Positions 23,380 through 36,300 of a stretch of 64,000 nt of DNA are shown here, one piece after another (within the stretch, counting starts at the first letter, position 1; every line of letters begins with the position of its first letter). The notes beneath the pieces are model-generated. The model was not told the DNA's origin. It saw only the letters and a program-made list of their open reading frames with translations, and ran no database searches. The translations under genes and the position numbers were made by a program. Source of the stretch: Dipteris shenzhenensis (taxonomy: Eukaryota); the NCBI GenBank assembly GCA_047967505.1, contig CM106538.1; one strand, given 5' to 3'.

Positions 23380-25879
23380 TGATGATGCCTCGTACTCCAG
23401 AGCAAAATCCAGTTGCAGAAAAGATGAACCGTACCATTCAAGAAAGGTTCCAATGCATGCTTTCCAATGCAAGTCTTTCTGGTGGTTTACGGGCTGAGGC
23501 AATGAAGCCTGCAGTGCATGTGATCAATAGATCACCTAGTAAGAGTTTGGATGGTGGTATTCCTGAAGAGGCATGGAGTGGCAAGAAGCCCTCTTACTCT
23601 CATTTGCGTATATTTGGGTATGAGGCATATGCACATGTGCCAAAAGAGCTTCGAAAGAAGCTAGATCCTAAGTCTAGGAAATGCATCTTTCTGGGTTATG
23701 GTGAAAGTGGAGAGATGAGCTATCGTCTCTGGGATCCAGAAGCAAAGAAGATCATACGCAGCCATGATGTGGTCTTCAATGAGAAAAAGATGCATAAGGC
23801 ACCCATGAGGGATGTGGAAATGAGAAAAATAACTTTCCAGGATGTGAATCCACCTACACATGTTGATAGACAGCAAGCTGTCCATGCACCAAGTGTGCAA
23901 GAAATGGTACCACCAAGTACTCCCATAGGTACACAATCAAGGGTAGATGATGGATCATCTATTGGTGGAAATGATGAGCCAAATGTGGCTGATATGTAAG
24001 AGGGACAGCAAGCTGAAATGCCCTTGAGAAGATCATCTAGAGTGTCTAGACCGCCTGATAGGTTTGCTCCAGGGGTAGACTATGTGATGCTTACTGATTG
24101 TGGGGAGCCTTCTTGCTATAGAGAGGCTATGATGCGTGAGGATCAACGCAAGTGGGAGTATGCTATGCAATCAGAGATGAGTTCACTTATGACGAATAAG
24201 ACTTGGGACTTGGTTTCTTTGCCACATGGAAAGAAAGCATTGCCATGTAAATGGGTCTACAAAATGAAGGTCACAGGTGATGATGTGCCTAGGTACAAGG
24301 CCCGTTTGGTTGCTAAAGGGTTCAAGCAAGAGAAGGGTGTGGACTTTGATGAGATATTCTCTCCGGTTGTGAAGATGACCACACTTAGATGCATGCTTGG
24401 ACTAGTGGCATCAGAGGATATGGAGCTTATGCAGATGGATGTCAAGACAGCTTTCTTGCATGGGGATTTGCATGAGGAAATTTACATGGTGCAGCCGGAA
24501 GGCTTTGAAGAAAAGGGCAAAGAGCATTTAGTTTGCAAGCTGAAGAAGAGTCTCTATGGTCTTAAGCAAGCGCCTAGAGAATGGTATCAGAAGTTTGATG
24601 CTTTCATTCGGTCCCAGGGTTTTAGAAGGAGTGAAATTGATCACTGCCTCTACACTAAAAGGGCTAAGGATAATAGCCTCATAATCCTGGCACTATATGT
24701 GGATGATATGCTATTGGCTAGCAAGAATACTTATGAGCTAGATGCATTGAAGGCCAAGTTGCATGAGGCCTTTGATATGAAGGATTTGGGATTTGCAGGT
24801 CATATTCTTGGTATGCGCCATCACGCGTGATCGGAGTAGGAAACTCCTTTGGCTTTCACAAAAAGAGTATGTTACAAAAGTATTGCAGCGTTTCAATATG
24901 GAGGGGGGGAAGGCAGTGAGTACTCCATTGCCTCCATATGTGAAACTGAGTCATTTAGATAGTCCCAAATCAGATGAGGAAAGGGCCATGATGGCTAAGG
25001 TTCCTTATGCATCAGCAATTGGGAGTCTTATGTATGCTATGATAGCTACTAGACTAGACATTGCATTTGCAGTGGGAGTTGTTAGCCGGTATATGGCTAA
25101 TCGAGGAAAGAGGCATTGGGAGGCAGTTAAGTGCATCATGACGTACATGAAGGGTACCAAGGAGATGTGCATTTGCTTTGGTAGAGGAGACATGCGTGTA
25201 CTTGGGTACACAGATTCAGACTATGCAGGGCATGTGGATAGTAGGAGATCCACTTCTGGTTATGTGTTCACCTTTGCAGGTGGTGCAGTGTTGTGGATGT
25301 CTCGCGCATAGAAGTGCGTTGCTTTGTCTACCACAGAGGCTGAGTATGTTGCAGCCATAGAGGGTTGCAAGGAGGCTATATGGCTTGATCGGCTAGTGGG
25401 AGATTTGGGGATTCATACAGGTGTACCGACATTGCATAGTGATTCCATGAGTGCTATTCAACTAGCACGGAATCCGGTCTTTCATGCAAAGACCAAACAC
25501 ATTGAGGTCAGGTACCATTTCATCAGGGAGGTACTTGAGGACAAGCGCATAGAGCTTGTCAAGGTTCATACAGATGATAACCCTGTAGATATGCTGATGA
25601 AGAGTCTACCTAGTCAGCGGTTTGAGTATTGTCGTGTATTGATGGGCATTGGATAGTATGCTCACTGGTTGTTCTCCCTTAAAGGCACATTGTCCTTTAT
25701 GTGGGAGGTTGTGGGGGTTAAAGGTCACTGTGCCTTAAGCCTGGTTATGTAAAATACTCAAACACATATATAAATGAATGAAAAAGAAGATTAGGGTGGT
25801 TCTGCACCCACCAAACTTGTGTGGCTCTCTGTCTCTCTCTCTCCTTCTTCCGTTCTTGCTTCCGTTGAGAGCACTCATA
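23380..25879 (+). mobile_element. Ty1/copia, 3' half (copy A): partial integrase, RT, RNase H, PPT, 3' LTR 25710-25879
   Basis: TPEQNPVAEKMNRT, KLDPKSRKCIFLGY, YKARLVAKG, QMDVKTAFLHG, LYVDDML, YTDSDYAG, KHIEVRYHF; PPT GTGGGAGGT; 170-bp LTR followed by GGTCC; stops and a +1 frameshift near 24818. Confidence 0.95.
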
Positions 25880-26650
25880 GGTCCTAATATTACAATTCAA
25901 TCAAGGGTCTTAATATTCCAATTCAATCAAGAAGACCTCTACAAAAGAAAGCACAAGTGCCTATACCTCCGAGCCCAAGCAATGAACAACCAAGCTCATC
26001 CACATCAGCTTCTGATCCTCAAATAAAAGAAGCTCCATATCCTAATGCAAAAATGGAGGAGGATCGATTTCAAGCACTTCAACAATGGGTGCAAAAAGAA
26101 CAAGCTCAATTCGAGGCTGAGAAGCAAACACAAGATCCAATCCCTAACTTGGCGAGGGCCCCAGCAAGTATCGACATTGTCCTCGAGCCTTTGTTCCAGC
26201 AAACAATAAGATCCACAACATAATGTACCAGCATGCCAACTTGAAGGTGCCACACCCTCTAGCATTCTAAGTTGCCCAGTGTCAATTCCCATTGGGATCC
26301 TCTTATGAAATTGTTCCAATCTCTGGGAGAGTTTCAAAGGATGGATTGAATTAGTAAATCCCCCTCTACCTATGGAATACATAGAAGATATCCCTGTGCA
26401 GATGCGTGAGAGAGATGACATACACAACATCACCATGTCTTTGATCCATAAAGCATATGATGCAGTCCATGCCATAGTGGATGGTGGTGCAGTTGTTAAT
26501 GTCATATCCAAGGAGCTCTATGATGAATGGGGTCTCCCACCAATGCAAAATGCTAACTTCAACACATGCCTTGCAGATGATTCACGTGCAAAGCCCTTGG
26601 GAATAGTGAATGGACTGTCAACAAAAGTCACAGGAGTCCACTTTTCTCTA
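25880..26650 (+). mobile_element. Ty3/gypsy gag-protease fragment (inverted part of the element at 30339-38807)
   Basis: Aspartic protease-like AIVDGGAVVNVISKELYDEWGL...LADDSRAKPLGIV. Confidence 0.75.
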
Positions 26651-26892
26651 GTCTTGGATTCCAATTTTTATACTCTTAGAAATCAAATTGAAGTTAAACT
26701 CTTAGACATTCACAAGTCTTCGATTCTAATTTCCATATTTTGATTTCTAAGTTGTGTTAGATTTTTACTTGGCCAGCACTAGGACGTTTTTTCAAATTCT
26801 GAAATCCTGTGCTTCCACATGGCACAATATACACCCTTAGATTTTTTTAATTCTGAAAGCCCAAAAGCTTTTGAAAAGCTGCGTAAAAAGCC

Positions 26893-27141
26893 AAGGCAAA
26901 ACCTTTAAATATAGGTGAAAGGCAAAACCTTTAAATATAGGTGAAACGGACATGTGCAGTCCGCTTAACAAGAGAAAGCAAGCCCACGAATGCAGAACGA
27001 GGCCTCTAGAGAAAAAGTCCCCGCTTGTTCTCTTCCCCGAGCGCCTTGCCCTTGTCCCCGTCTTCAGGCACCTTTGAGGAGGAAGGTTGCTTCTTATCCT
27101 GTCTTCAGGCACCTTTGAGGAGGAAGGTTGCTTCTTATCCT
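26893..27141 (+). repeat. Two short tandem duplications (about 27 bp and 41 bp)
   Basis: AAGGCAAAACCTTTAAATATAGGTGAA twice from 26893; GTCTTCAGGCACCTTTGAGGAGGAAGGTTGCTTCTTATCCT twice from 27060. Confidence 0.9.
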
Positions 27142-27410
27142 GCCAGTGTTTCGGCCTCGGAGAAGAGAATACGTATTTTTGTTCCCCTCTTTCTTGTTGT
27201 TTTTCTATCTTGTTTCGCAAGCCCTCTTCCCCTATTGTTGCCCCCTAGCCCGAGTCATCAAAGCCTTCTCCAGATTGAACCGGAGTTTAGATATAGAGCT
27301 CTAGGACCAAGCGTAGCCAAGAAAACCGCCAAACGCTTTCCCGTAAGTCGAGCGGCGATGTTGCTTGCTCCACGGCGCGGGTGGGCCGAGGGGAAAGCCG
27401 TGGCTTTCGC

Positions 27411-30338
27411 TATTGCAACAACATGATCAAATACCCCTGATACATGTAAGGGATACAAAGTCCCACACTTGGCACCCCTGGCCAAAAGCATAGAGCCCTT
27501 CTGAATTTTCCAACTCTGAAAGCCAAAAGTGGTGTGAAAACCAGCATCATCTAGCTGACCCACTGAAATAAGACTCTTGGTCAGCTTAGGCACATGTCTC
27601 ACATGTTTCAAAACAAATGTAGACCCATTTGCAAAAGAAAACTTTATGTCACCTGCTCCCACTATGTCACATGCATAGTCATTTCCAAGATGCACACAAC
27701 CTATCTTTCCACTATCATAAGTGGAGAACCATTCCCTATGGGGAGTAACATGGAATGAAGTACCAGAATCCAAAATCCAATCCTGGGAATATGCATCATC
27801 TGAAGTGGTAAGCAACTCTGTAGATAAAGTAGACATGAAGAGAACATCATTGTCACTATCATGTGTGACTGCATTGATCTCCTCGATCTTCACTTTTCCT
27901 TTGTCCTCCCTTGGACTCTCTTCCTTTTGATATGCACCCCAATTTGCATTCTTTTTCTTATCCTTTTGCTCTCTTTTCAACTTGTAGCAATCCTTTTTCA
28001 TATGGCCCTTCTTGCCACAATGGTAACACTCAATGTTCCATGCCTTGGATTTGCTACGAGACTTCCCTCTTTCTTGGGACTTCCCCCTGAACTGTGATCT
28101 GCCCCTTTGCACATTTAAGGCTGCATCCTACTTGTTGCCATACATAGACTTCCGTCTAATCTCCTCGGCCAACAAGCTACCCACAACATCATCAAATTTC
28201 AGTACTCCACCAGGTGCAGAGTTACTGACAGCTGTACGGAAGGTATCCCATGAGGATGGCAATGAACATAAGAGAAATATTGCCTTAGTCTCCGCATCAA
28301 AATTCATTTTTTGAGCCTGAAGTTGGCTGAAAATAATATTGAATTCATTCAAATGAGAAGCAATGGAGACCCCTTCCTTCATCTGCAGCTCAAACAACCT
28401 CTTCATGAGGTAAACTTTATTAGAGGCAGTTTCCTTCTCATAAGTGGCACACAGTTTCTTCCACAAATCTTCTGTAGTCTGCTCATTTACTACTATGAAA
28501 TAAACTGACTTTGCAAGATGAAGTCTAATAGTAGACTTTGCTAATGCATCCAACTCATTCCAATCATCCTCAGACATATTTGCAGGCTTAGCTTCGATCC
28601 CTGCCAAGGGTTTAATCTGCTTCTTTTGAATAAGCACATCACTTATTTGTTCTTTCCACAAAGAAAAGTTTGTCCCATCAAACTTTTTAATGTTGAAAAA
28701 CTCCTTTTCAGACATGGAAGAGGATGCCATGATGCAAATAAAGCAAAATCCCAAATGCTAGTGCCTGCAAGAGAGAATCACACCAAATACCAGGTGCACC
28801 CAAATGTGTATGCCACAATAGTGTGAAATATCACCAAAACTCAAAGCTCAAAGCATCAAAAGATGCATCTGACTCATGTGCATATACTATGCATCCATAT
28901 GAGCAAATCTGGCTCAAAAGAAAATGCCAATAAGTGCCAAATGACTCAAGCATAAACACCGTCCACTAGCATATGCATCAATAATATCTCATCCAAGAGA
29001 GCATAGCACTATTAGTGCATCACCTGCAATGTGTCAAAGCTATCCCTCAGCATAAAATAGCATCCATGTGCAAAGCGTCCATAAAAAAATAACATCCCAC
29101 AAGGCAATTTGGGCCTATCAACGCATCCAACAAGGACCGCAATGCATCCAAATGGCCTATAAATCATCCACTGCAACCCAATGCATACCACGAATGAGCG
29201 CACACTGCTCAAACTGCAACCAGAGTGATCTGCATAAGGTATGCTCAAGAAATCATAGTCCCACAGTAATGAGCGCTACTGAAAATAGAACCTGAGATGC
29301 TTCAAAACATGGGCGCCATTGCATAATCGGACTCAGCAAGAAAATCTGCAAATATCTCTCTTCTGCCAAAACTCCAAAATCCCAACCGATGAGTGAGAAA
29401 TGGGAGTCAACACTTATCCACTGCATGGCATAAATCTAAGGTTTCAAAACCTTAGTATGAAAAATGCATAACAGAGAGACGAAATCGAATACACAAAGAT
29501 TTATAACTCTGAAAATCCTCCACCGAATCACGCAAGAACTGATAGGTAGGGGTTTTTGGGCGTCCGGAACGCAATGGGACAGACGGTTTTGGAAACAGTG
29601 GTCTCAATCACTGGGTCCAACACACGGACTAAAAAACGTTTTTTGAAACAGAGCTGTTTGTAAACTCCACCGGAGTGTGAATGATGAGCAACATAGAAGT
29701 TTTAGGACCTCCTAAGTCCACCGGAACTGACAGATCTACAAATGGTTGCTCCAAACTTGAGTTCCAACACCTGGGCAAAAAACGCAGGAACTGACACAAT
29801 GAATCAGAAATCCAATGAAATGATCCCAGATTCAAGAATGAAGGTGTTTCCAAGCTCCTGAAGTAATGTGGACACCAAAAGCAAGCAATAGTTGCCTCTA
29901 CAAGTCAATACGGAGTCTCTATCATCGAACGGAACAGGGAAAAGCTCAAAAAACGACTTTTTCTTTGAAACCACTTAACAGGCTCTCAAAACCACTTTGC
30001 AAAGCCAAAGTGACTTTTCCAAAGGTTCCTCCAAGGTCTCTGCACACTCGGATGCAAGTAAAGTCACCCACAAAGCTTCCCACAGAGCTTCTCCTTCCTC
30101 CCACAAAGCTGCTGAGCTTCCAAGCATTCACGCATGCTCAGCTAGATCACCCGGGCTCTGATACCAGTTGTGAGTGCTCTCAACGGAAGAAAGAACGGAA
30201 GAAGGAGAGAGAGAGACAGAGAGCCACACAAGTTTGGTGGGTGCAGAACCACCCTAATCTTCTTTTTCATTCATTTATATATGTGTTTGAGTATTGTACA
30301 TAACCGGGGTTAAGACACAGTGACCTTTAACCCCCACA
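27411..30338 (-). mobile_element. Ty1/copia, 5' half (copy B): 5' LTR 30169-30338, PBS, long leader, gag, protease
   Basis: PBS TGGTATCAGAGC at 30155-30166; gag KKFDGTNFSLWK, knuckle CYHCGKKGHMKKDC, protease WILDSGTSFH; LTR flanked by GGACC (= GGTCC in element orientation). Confidence 0.95.
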
Positions 30339-33300
30339 GGACCCTTGGCATGTAATTACATTCACGGGTTATGATAATATGCTTGCCGGTCCTAGACTTT
30401 GATGGTCGATCCCAATAATGTTGATTGGGACATCAAGCTTAGCCTCATTTTGTTGTGGGACCTTATTTTTCATGGGGCAATCCATACAGGCATGTCCAAT
30501 GCCACAATCTCTATAGAGTGGTTGAAAAGTAGTAAGGCTACCACGATGAGGACACTATGTGATCTGATGATTCTCTCCAAATAGCAGCACTTGATTGGCA
30601 CTCGATATTTGTTGGGCCAAACTTGATTTACATAGACAGGTATTAAACCTTCCGCTCCTTCCACATAGTACACTGGGTACTCAACTTCATACTCGAATTG
30701 CGAATCCACCTCCTCCGGCTTGAAGTTGTTGTATTGGAGCCATCAGAGGAGTTGGATTTGGTGCTCATGGATATGGTCATGGATTTGTATTCCTGAGTAA
30801 TTGTGGGACTTGGGTCTGAACAGGAACATGATTCAGTCTTGGAGCTGGGGGTGCTTGTGAAAGATGCAACTATTTTCATCATCCCCACCGACTATGTAGA
30901 TGTGACACCACCACCTTGGTGGTGGATTGGCTTGTGCATTTATCATGGCTCTTAGGAGGAGGCATTCATTTGTTATATGATTGGCCATGCAGTGTGGACA
31001 CCATACATTTTCTCGCCGTGGATAAGTCTGAGGTAGCAGCTAAGACATGTGAAGCTTTTGTTCCATGACCTGCATCATTTCTTCTCTTAGCTTCATGGTC
31101 ATGGCCTCTAGGCGATCTTCATTATATCTTTCTATAGTGGACTTGGATTTTTCCTTTTTAGAGCGCTTATCTCATGCATTGGCTCTTCCATCATCACTGC
31201 TGGTGTCAAAGTCTATCATGCCATCCTCGATGTCAATGGTTGTCGCATGAGCAGCACTGAATGTTTCGTAACTGCTAATCTTTTTTATGTCTTTACAGAT
31301 TTTCTTCCTTAGGCTTGCAATGAACCAGGCCGTGAGGTACTTATCATTGGGGTGTGGTTCACATTTGGCAATTAAGCATTTCATCTTGCCCAGGTACGTG
31401 CGTACATCTTCTCTCGCTGACCCTGTTTGAGCTTTCTTAATTGGAGAGTGGAATCATCTTGTAGTCTCTTCATTTGAAAGTGCCTCTTGAATTCAGTTTG
31501 TAGCAGGTCCTATATGGCTCTTTCTTCCACTAGGAGATCTAAGTACCATTCTGAGGCTTCATCGGTTAAGCATGCGACCTTGGTTTCATGGGGATTTATC
31601 TCCTCCAGCTCGGCATGCAGCATCAAAATGCCAGAGGAATCTTATTGGATCACCCCATCCATTGTATTTGGAAAGTTGGAGTTTGCCCAAGGGTTGCCTA
31701 CCTTGATTGTTATTATTGTGGCCAAAATTGTTGCGAGGGTTAAAGAAACTGTCGACATATGCCTCCTGGTCAATGTCACCATCATCGCGACGACAATCCC
31801 CTTTTTGTGTCTTGGAGGAGTCAAAGGGATTGGCTGAATTTCAAGGGGAGAATTTGGAGCAGAGGGTTGTCGAGGGCATTGGCCAGAGCATAGCTGCATG
31901 CAGATTTGTCAAGAGGTGGAGCGGGTGCCTCTTTCACAAATGCGGGTGTTGATGTAGGTGTGTTAGGGAGGTTAGAGATGCACTAGTGTGGTAGGAACCA
32001 TTGTGTTAATAATGTGCCTAGGATGGTCCCATGTGAGTACGAAAATGTGCATGTGTAGACGAATCATCAATCGGAGGTCATGGTGGAAATTTATGAGCAA
32101 ATTAGTGCAAAAGGGGACCCACACAGGGATACAAATCAACAAGTGCTAGGGATGATGAAATGGGGTAAAATGGACTGAAAAAATGCCCTGTAGTGTGATG
32201 TTTCCATGTGCAAAACAACGGTTCAAATTGGGTTCAATTCAACCGCCAAAAACAAGTGAGTTATGGAGGGTCAAATGTGGGTCAAAATGAGGCCTTTTTT
32301 TGGGATGGGGGGATCCTTTGGCCAAAAGTGTGGTGTGAATGGGCCTAATATTTGAGGGAACTGGACTAGGGTAGTCAAACTGGCTAGTTACCCTAAGTAT
32401 CCAGTTACTTTAACTAGCCAATTACTATAATTATTGGTTAGAGTAACTATTAGTTAGAGTAGCCGTTAGTTAGAGTAACTGTCTATTATTGTAACCTAAC
32501 TTAGTCTAACCTAACCTATCTATCAGTTACACTAACCTAATGACAACTAAGCTAGTTAACCTAACCTAATAGCAATTAGCCTAACCTAGCAATAGTTAAT
32601 CTAGCCTAGTAGCAGTTAACCTAACTAGTGGCAATTAACCTAGCTAGTGGCAGTTAACCTAATCTAGTGGCAATTAACTTCACTAGAGTTAGTGGTTAGG
32701 TTAGGGTTAACACCTCTCTTTTTTTTAAAGGTGTGTGGTTTTGGAGGGAGTGGTGGTTGTTGGTGGGTGGGTGGATGGCTAGGTTATCGCTACGAGAAGC
32801 ACTAGAAGCAATTCGACGATGAGGATGGGAGTAGGATGGTGGTCAATGGAGAGGGATGAGGGTCTTCGATAGGGCTCAAAATGAGAAAGAGGATCGAGGC
32901 TAGATGTGAAAGAAGAAGAATGAGGGGATGGAGTGGGTTTTTATAGGAATGGAGGAGGGAGGGGTTTAGGGTTTGGTATAAACCCTAGAACATTCCCGTA
33001 CCATGACTTTTGATGGTTTGCTCGGATCGCTCTTCTATAAAAAGGTAAAATGCTTGAAATTGTGAGCTCTATAGATTGGTGTCCATTAGATAACCTGATT
33101 TTTTCTTCAAGTGGTTTCTTTTTTAGAAATAAAATTTTTATAAAGATAATAACCCAAGGTTGATGCTTGGGTTTGATACTTTTGGAAAAATTTTCACTCT
33201 CCTAGCCCTTGAGTAATATGACTGTGATAGTTCGAGGTAGTTTGCCCTTTACACATACTTGTGTATGCTTACTCATTACTTAAAATGCTAGTCTCCTCGG

Positions 33301-36300
33301 CAACAGTGCCAAATGTTATCTTTTCCATGGCTTTCATAGGAAGAGTAGGGTATTCTTAGCATGCGGGGTTCCAAGGCTTTTTGTCACCTACAGATATATC
33401 AGTGTCATTGGACCTTGGGTCGTATTCCAATGAAAGATGTAAGCTTAAATGTGGTAAGGAAACATCCCGCATGTTTGTATGAAAGGAACATGCATCATCA
33501 TGGTTGGGGTGATGAAGGCTTTTGCCTCCACTGGGGGTTTAAAGGTTTAGAAAGAGTTTAAGGGTTAGACGAAGGTTCAAGGTTTAGAAGAGGTTCTAGG
33601 GTTTAGAAGGGGTTTCAGGATTTAGAGAGGTTCCAAGGTTCAAAAGGAGTTTAACGGTTAGAAGAAGGATCCAAGGTTCAGAGTAGAATATAAGGCAAAG
33701 CATCCGTTCCTTATAGATCATGGAGGTCAAAGGTTAAGGGACTAAGGGTTTAGGGGGAGCATAGGAGTGGGAGATGAAGAAGGTGTAAGTGAGAGTGCTC
33801 TCAACGAAAGCAAGAACGGAAGAGGGAGAGAGAGAAATAGAGAGCCACACAAGTTTTGGTGGGTGCAGAACCACCCTAATCTTCTTTTTCATTCATTTAT
33901 ATATGTGTTTGAGTATTGTACATAACCGGGGTAAAGGCACAGTGACCTTTAACCCCCACAACCTCCCACTTAAAAGACAATATGCCTTTAAGGGAGAACA
34001 ACCAGTGAGCATACTATCCAATACCCATCAATACACGACAATACTCAAACTGCTGACTAGGTAGACTCTTCGTCAGCATATCTGTAGGGTTATCATCTGT
34101 ATGAACCTTGACAAGCTCTAGGCGCTTGTCCTCAAGTACCTCCCTGATGAAATGGTACCTGACCTCAATGTGTTTGGTCTTTGCATGAAAGACCGGATTC
34201 CGTGCTAGCTGAATAGCACTCATGGAATCACTATGCAATGTCGGTACACTTGTATGAATCCCCAAATCTCCCACTAGCCGATCAAGCCATATAGCCTCCT
34301 TGCAACCCTCTGTGGCTGCAACATACTCAGCCTCTGTGGTAGACAAAGCAATGCACTTCTGTGCGCGAGACATCCATGACACTGCACCACCTGCAAAGGT
34401 GAACACATAACCAGAAGTGGATCTCCTACTATCCACATGCCTTGCATAGTCTGAATCTGTGTACCCAAGTACACGCATGTCTCCTCTACCAAAGTAGATG
34501 CACATCTCCTTGGTACCCTTCATGTACCTCATGATGCACTTAACTACCTCCCAATGCCTCTTTCCTAAATTAGCCATATACCGGCTAACAACTCCCACTG
34601 CAAATGCAATGTCTGGTCTAGTAGCTATCATAGCATACATAAGACTCCCAACTGCTGATGCATAAGGAACCTTGGCCATCATGGCCCTTTCCTCATCTAA
34701 TTTGGGACTATCTATATGACTCAGTTTCACATATGGAGGCAATGGAGTACTCACTGCCTCCCCCCCCTCCATATTGAAACGCTGCAATACTTTTGTAACA
34801 TACTCTTTTTGTGAAAGCCAAAGGAGTTTCCTACTCCGATCACGCGTGATGCGCATACCAAGAATATGACCTGCAAATCCCAAATCCTTCATATCAAAGG
34901 CCTCATGCAACTTGGCCTTTAATGCATCTAGCTCATAAGTATTCTTGCTAGCCAATAGAATATCATCCACATATAGTGCCAAGATTATCAGGCTATTATC
35001 CTTAGCCCTTTTAGTGTAGAGGCAGTGATCAATTTCACTCCTTCTAAAACCCTGGGACTGAATGAAAGCATCAAACTTCTGATACCATTCTCTAGGCGCT
35101 TGCTTAAGACCATAGAGACTCTTCTTCAGCTTGCAAACTAAATGCTCTTTGCCCTTTTCTTTAAAGACAACCAAGGACAGCCATTTCTGAAATACCTAGA
35201 ACACATCACTCTTCCGAGCCATAGCATATGCCCACACTTTCCTAGTTGCATCATCAATGAATGTCACATAGTATTCAGCCCTGCCTAATGACCGTGTAGG
35301 CATGGGACCACATACGTCTGAATGCACCAAGTCAAGCTTTTCAAACTCTTTCTTTCCCCTTCTTTTATGGGCTGATTTAGTCTGCTTCCCATAGAGACAA
35401 TGCTCACAAAATTCAAAATCAGAGAAACTCAAATGCGGTACATAACCCAAATGGCATAAGAGTTTCATTCCATTCTGGCTCATGTGCCCCAACCTGTAAT
35501 GCAACAAAGAAGTGCTTGGCTACTCAGTTATTGCAACAACATGATCAAATACCTGTGATACATGTAAGGGATACAAAGTCCCACACTTGGCACCCCTGGC
35601 CAAAAGCATAGAGCCCTTTTGAATTTTCCAACTCTGAAAGCCAAAAGTGGTGTGAAAACCAGCATCATCTAGCTGACCCACTGAAATAAGACTCTTGGTC
35701 AACTTAGGCACATGTCTCACATGTTTCAAAATAAATTCAGACCCATTTGCAAAAGAAAACTTTATGTCACCTACTCCCACTATGTCACATGCATAGTCAT
35801 TTCCAAGATGCACACAACCTGTCTTTCCACTGTCATAAGTGGAGAACCATTCCCTATGGGGAGTAACATGGAATGAAGCACCAGAATCCAAAATCCAATC
35901 CTGGGAATATGCATCATCTGAAGTGGTAAGCAACTCTACAGATAAACTAGACATGAAGAGAATGTCATTGTCACTATCATGTGTGACTACATTGATCTCC
36001 TCAATCTTCACTTTTCCTTTGTCCTCCCTTGAGATCTCTTCCTTTTGATTTGCACCCCAATTTGCATTCTTTTTCTTATCCTTTTGCTCTCTTTTCAACT
36101 TGTAGTAATCCTTTTTCATATGGCCCTTCTTGCCACAGTGGTAACACTCAATGTTCTGTGCCCTGGATTTGCTACGAGACTTCCCTCTTTCTTGGGACTT
36201 CCCCCTGAACTATGATCTGCCCCTTTGCACATTTAAGGCTGCATCCTGCTTGTTGCCGTCCATAGACTTCTGTCTAATCTCCTCGGCCAACAAGCTATCC

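Noticed and set aside
23379-23502. N-terminus of ORF 23170-23502 as part of RepHel
   Set aside because: It is the antisense of the copia integrase; only the part below ~23378 belongs to the HLE2.
27258-27410. Apparent novel C-terminus on copia protease ORF 27258-28112
   Set aside because: Read-through across the inversion breakpoint at 27411.
32380-33680. Telomere-like TTAGGG/GGTTTAG motifs
   Set aside because: Scattered and degenerate within the gypsy leader and LTR; not a telomeric array.
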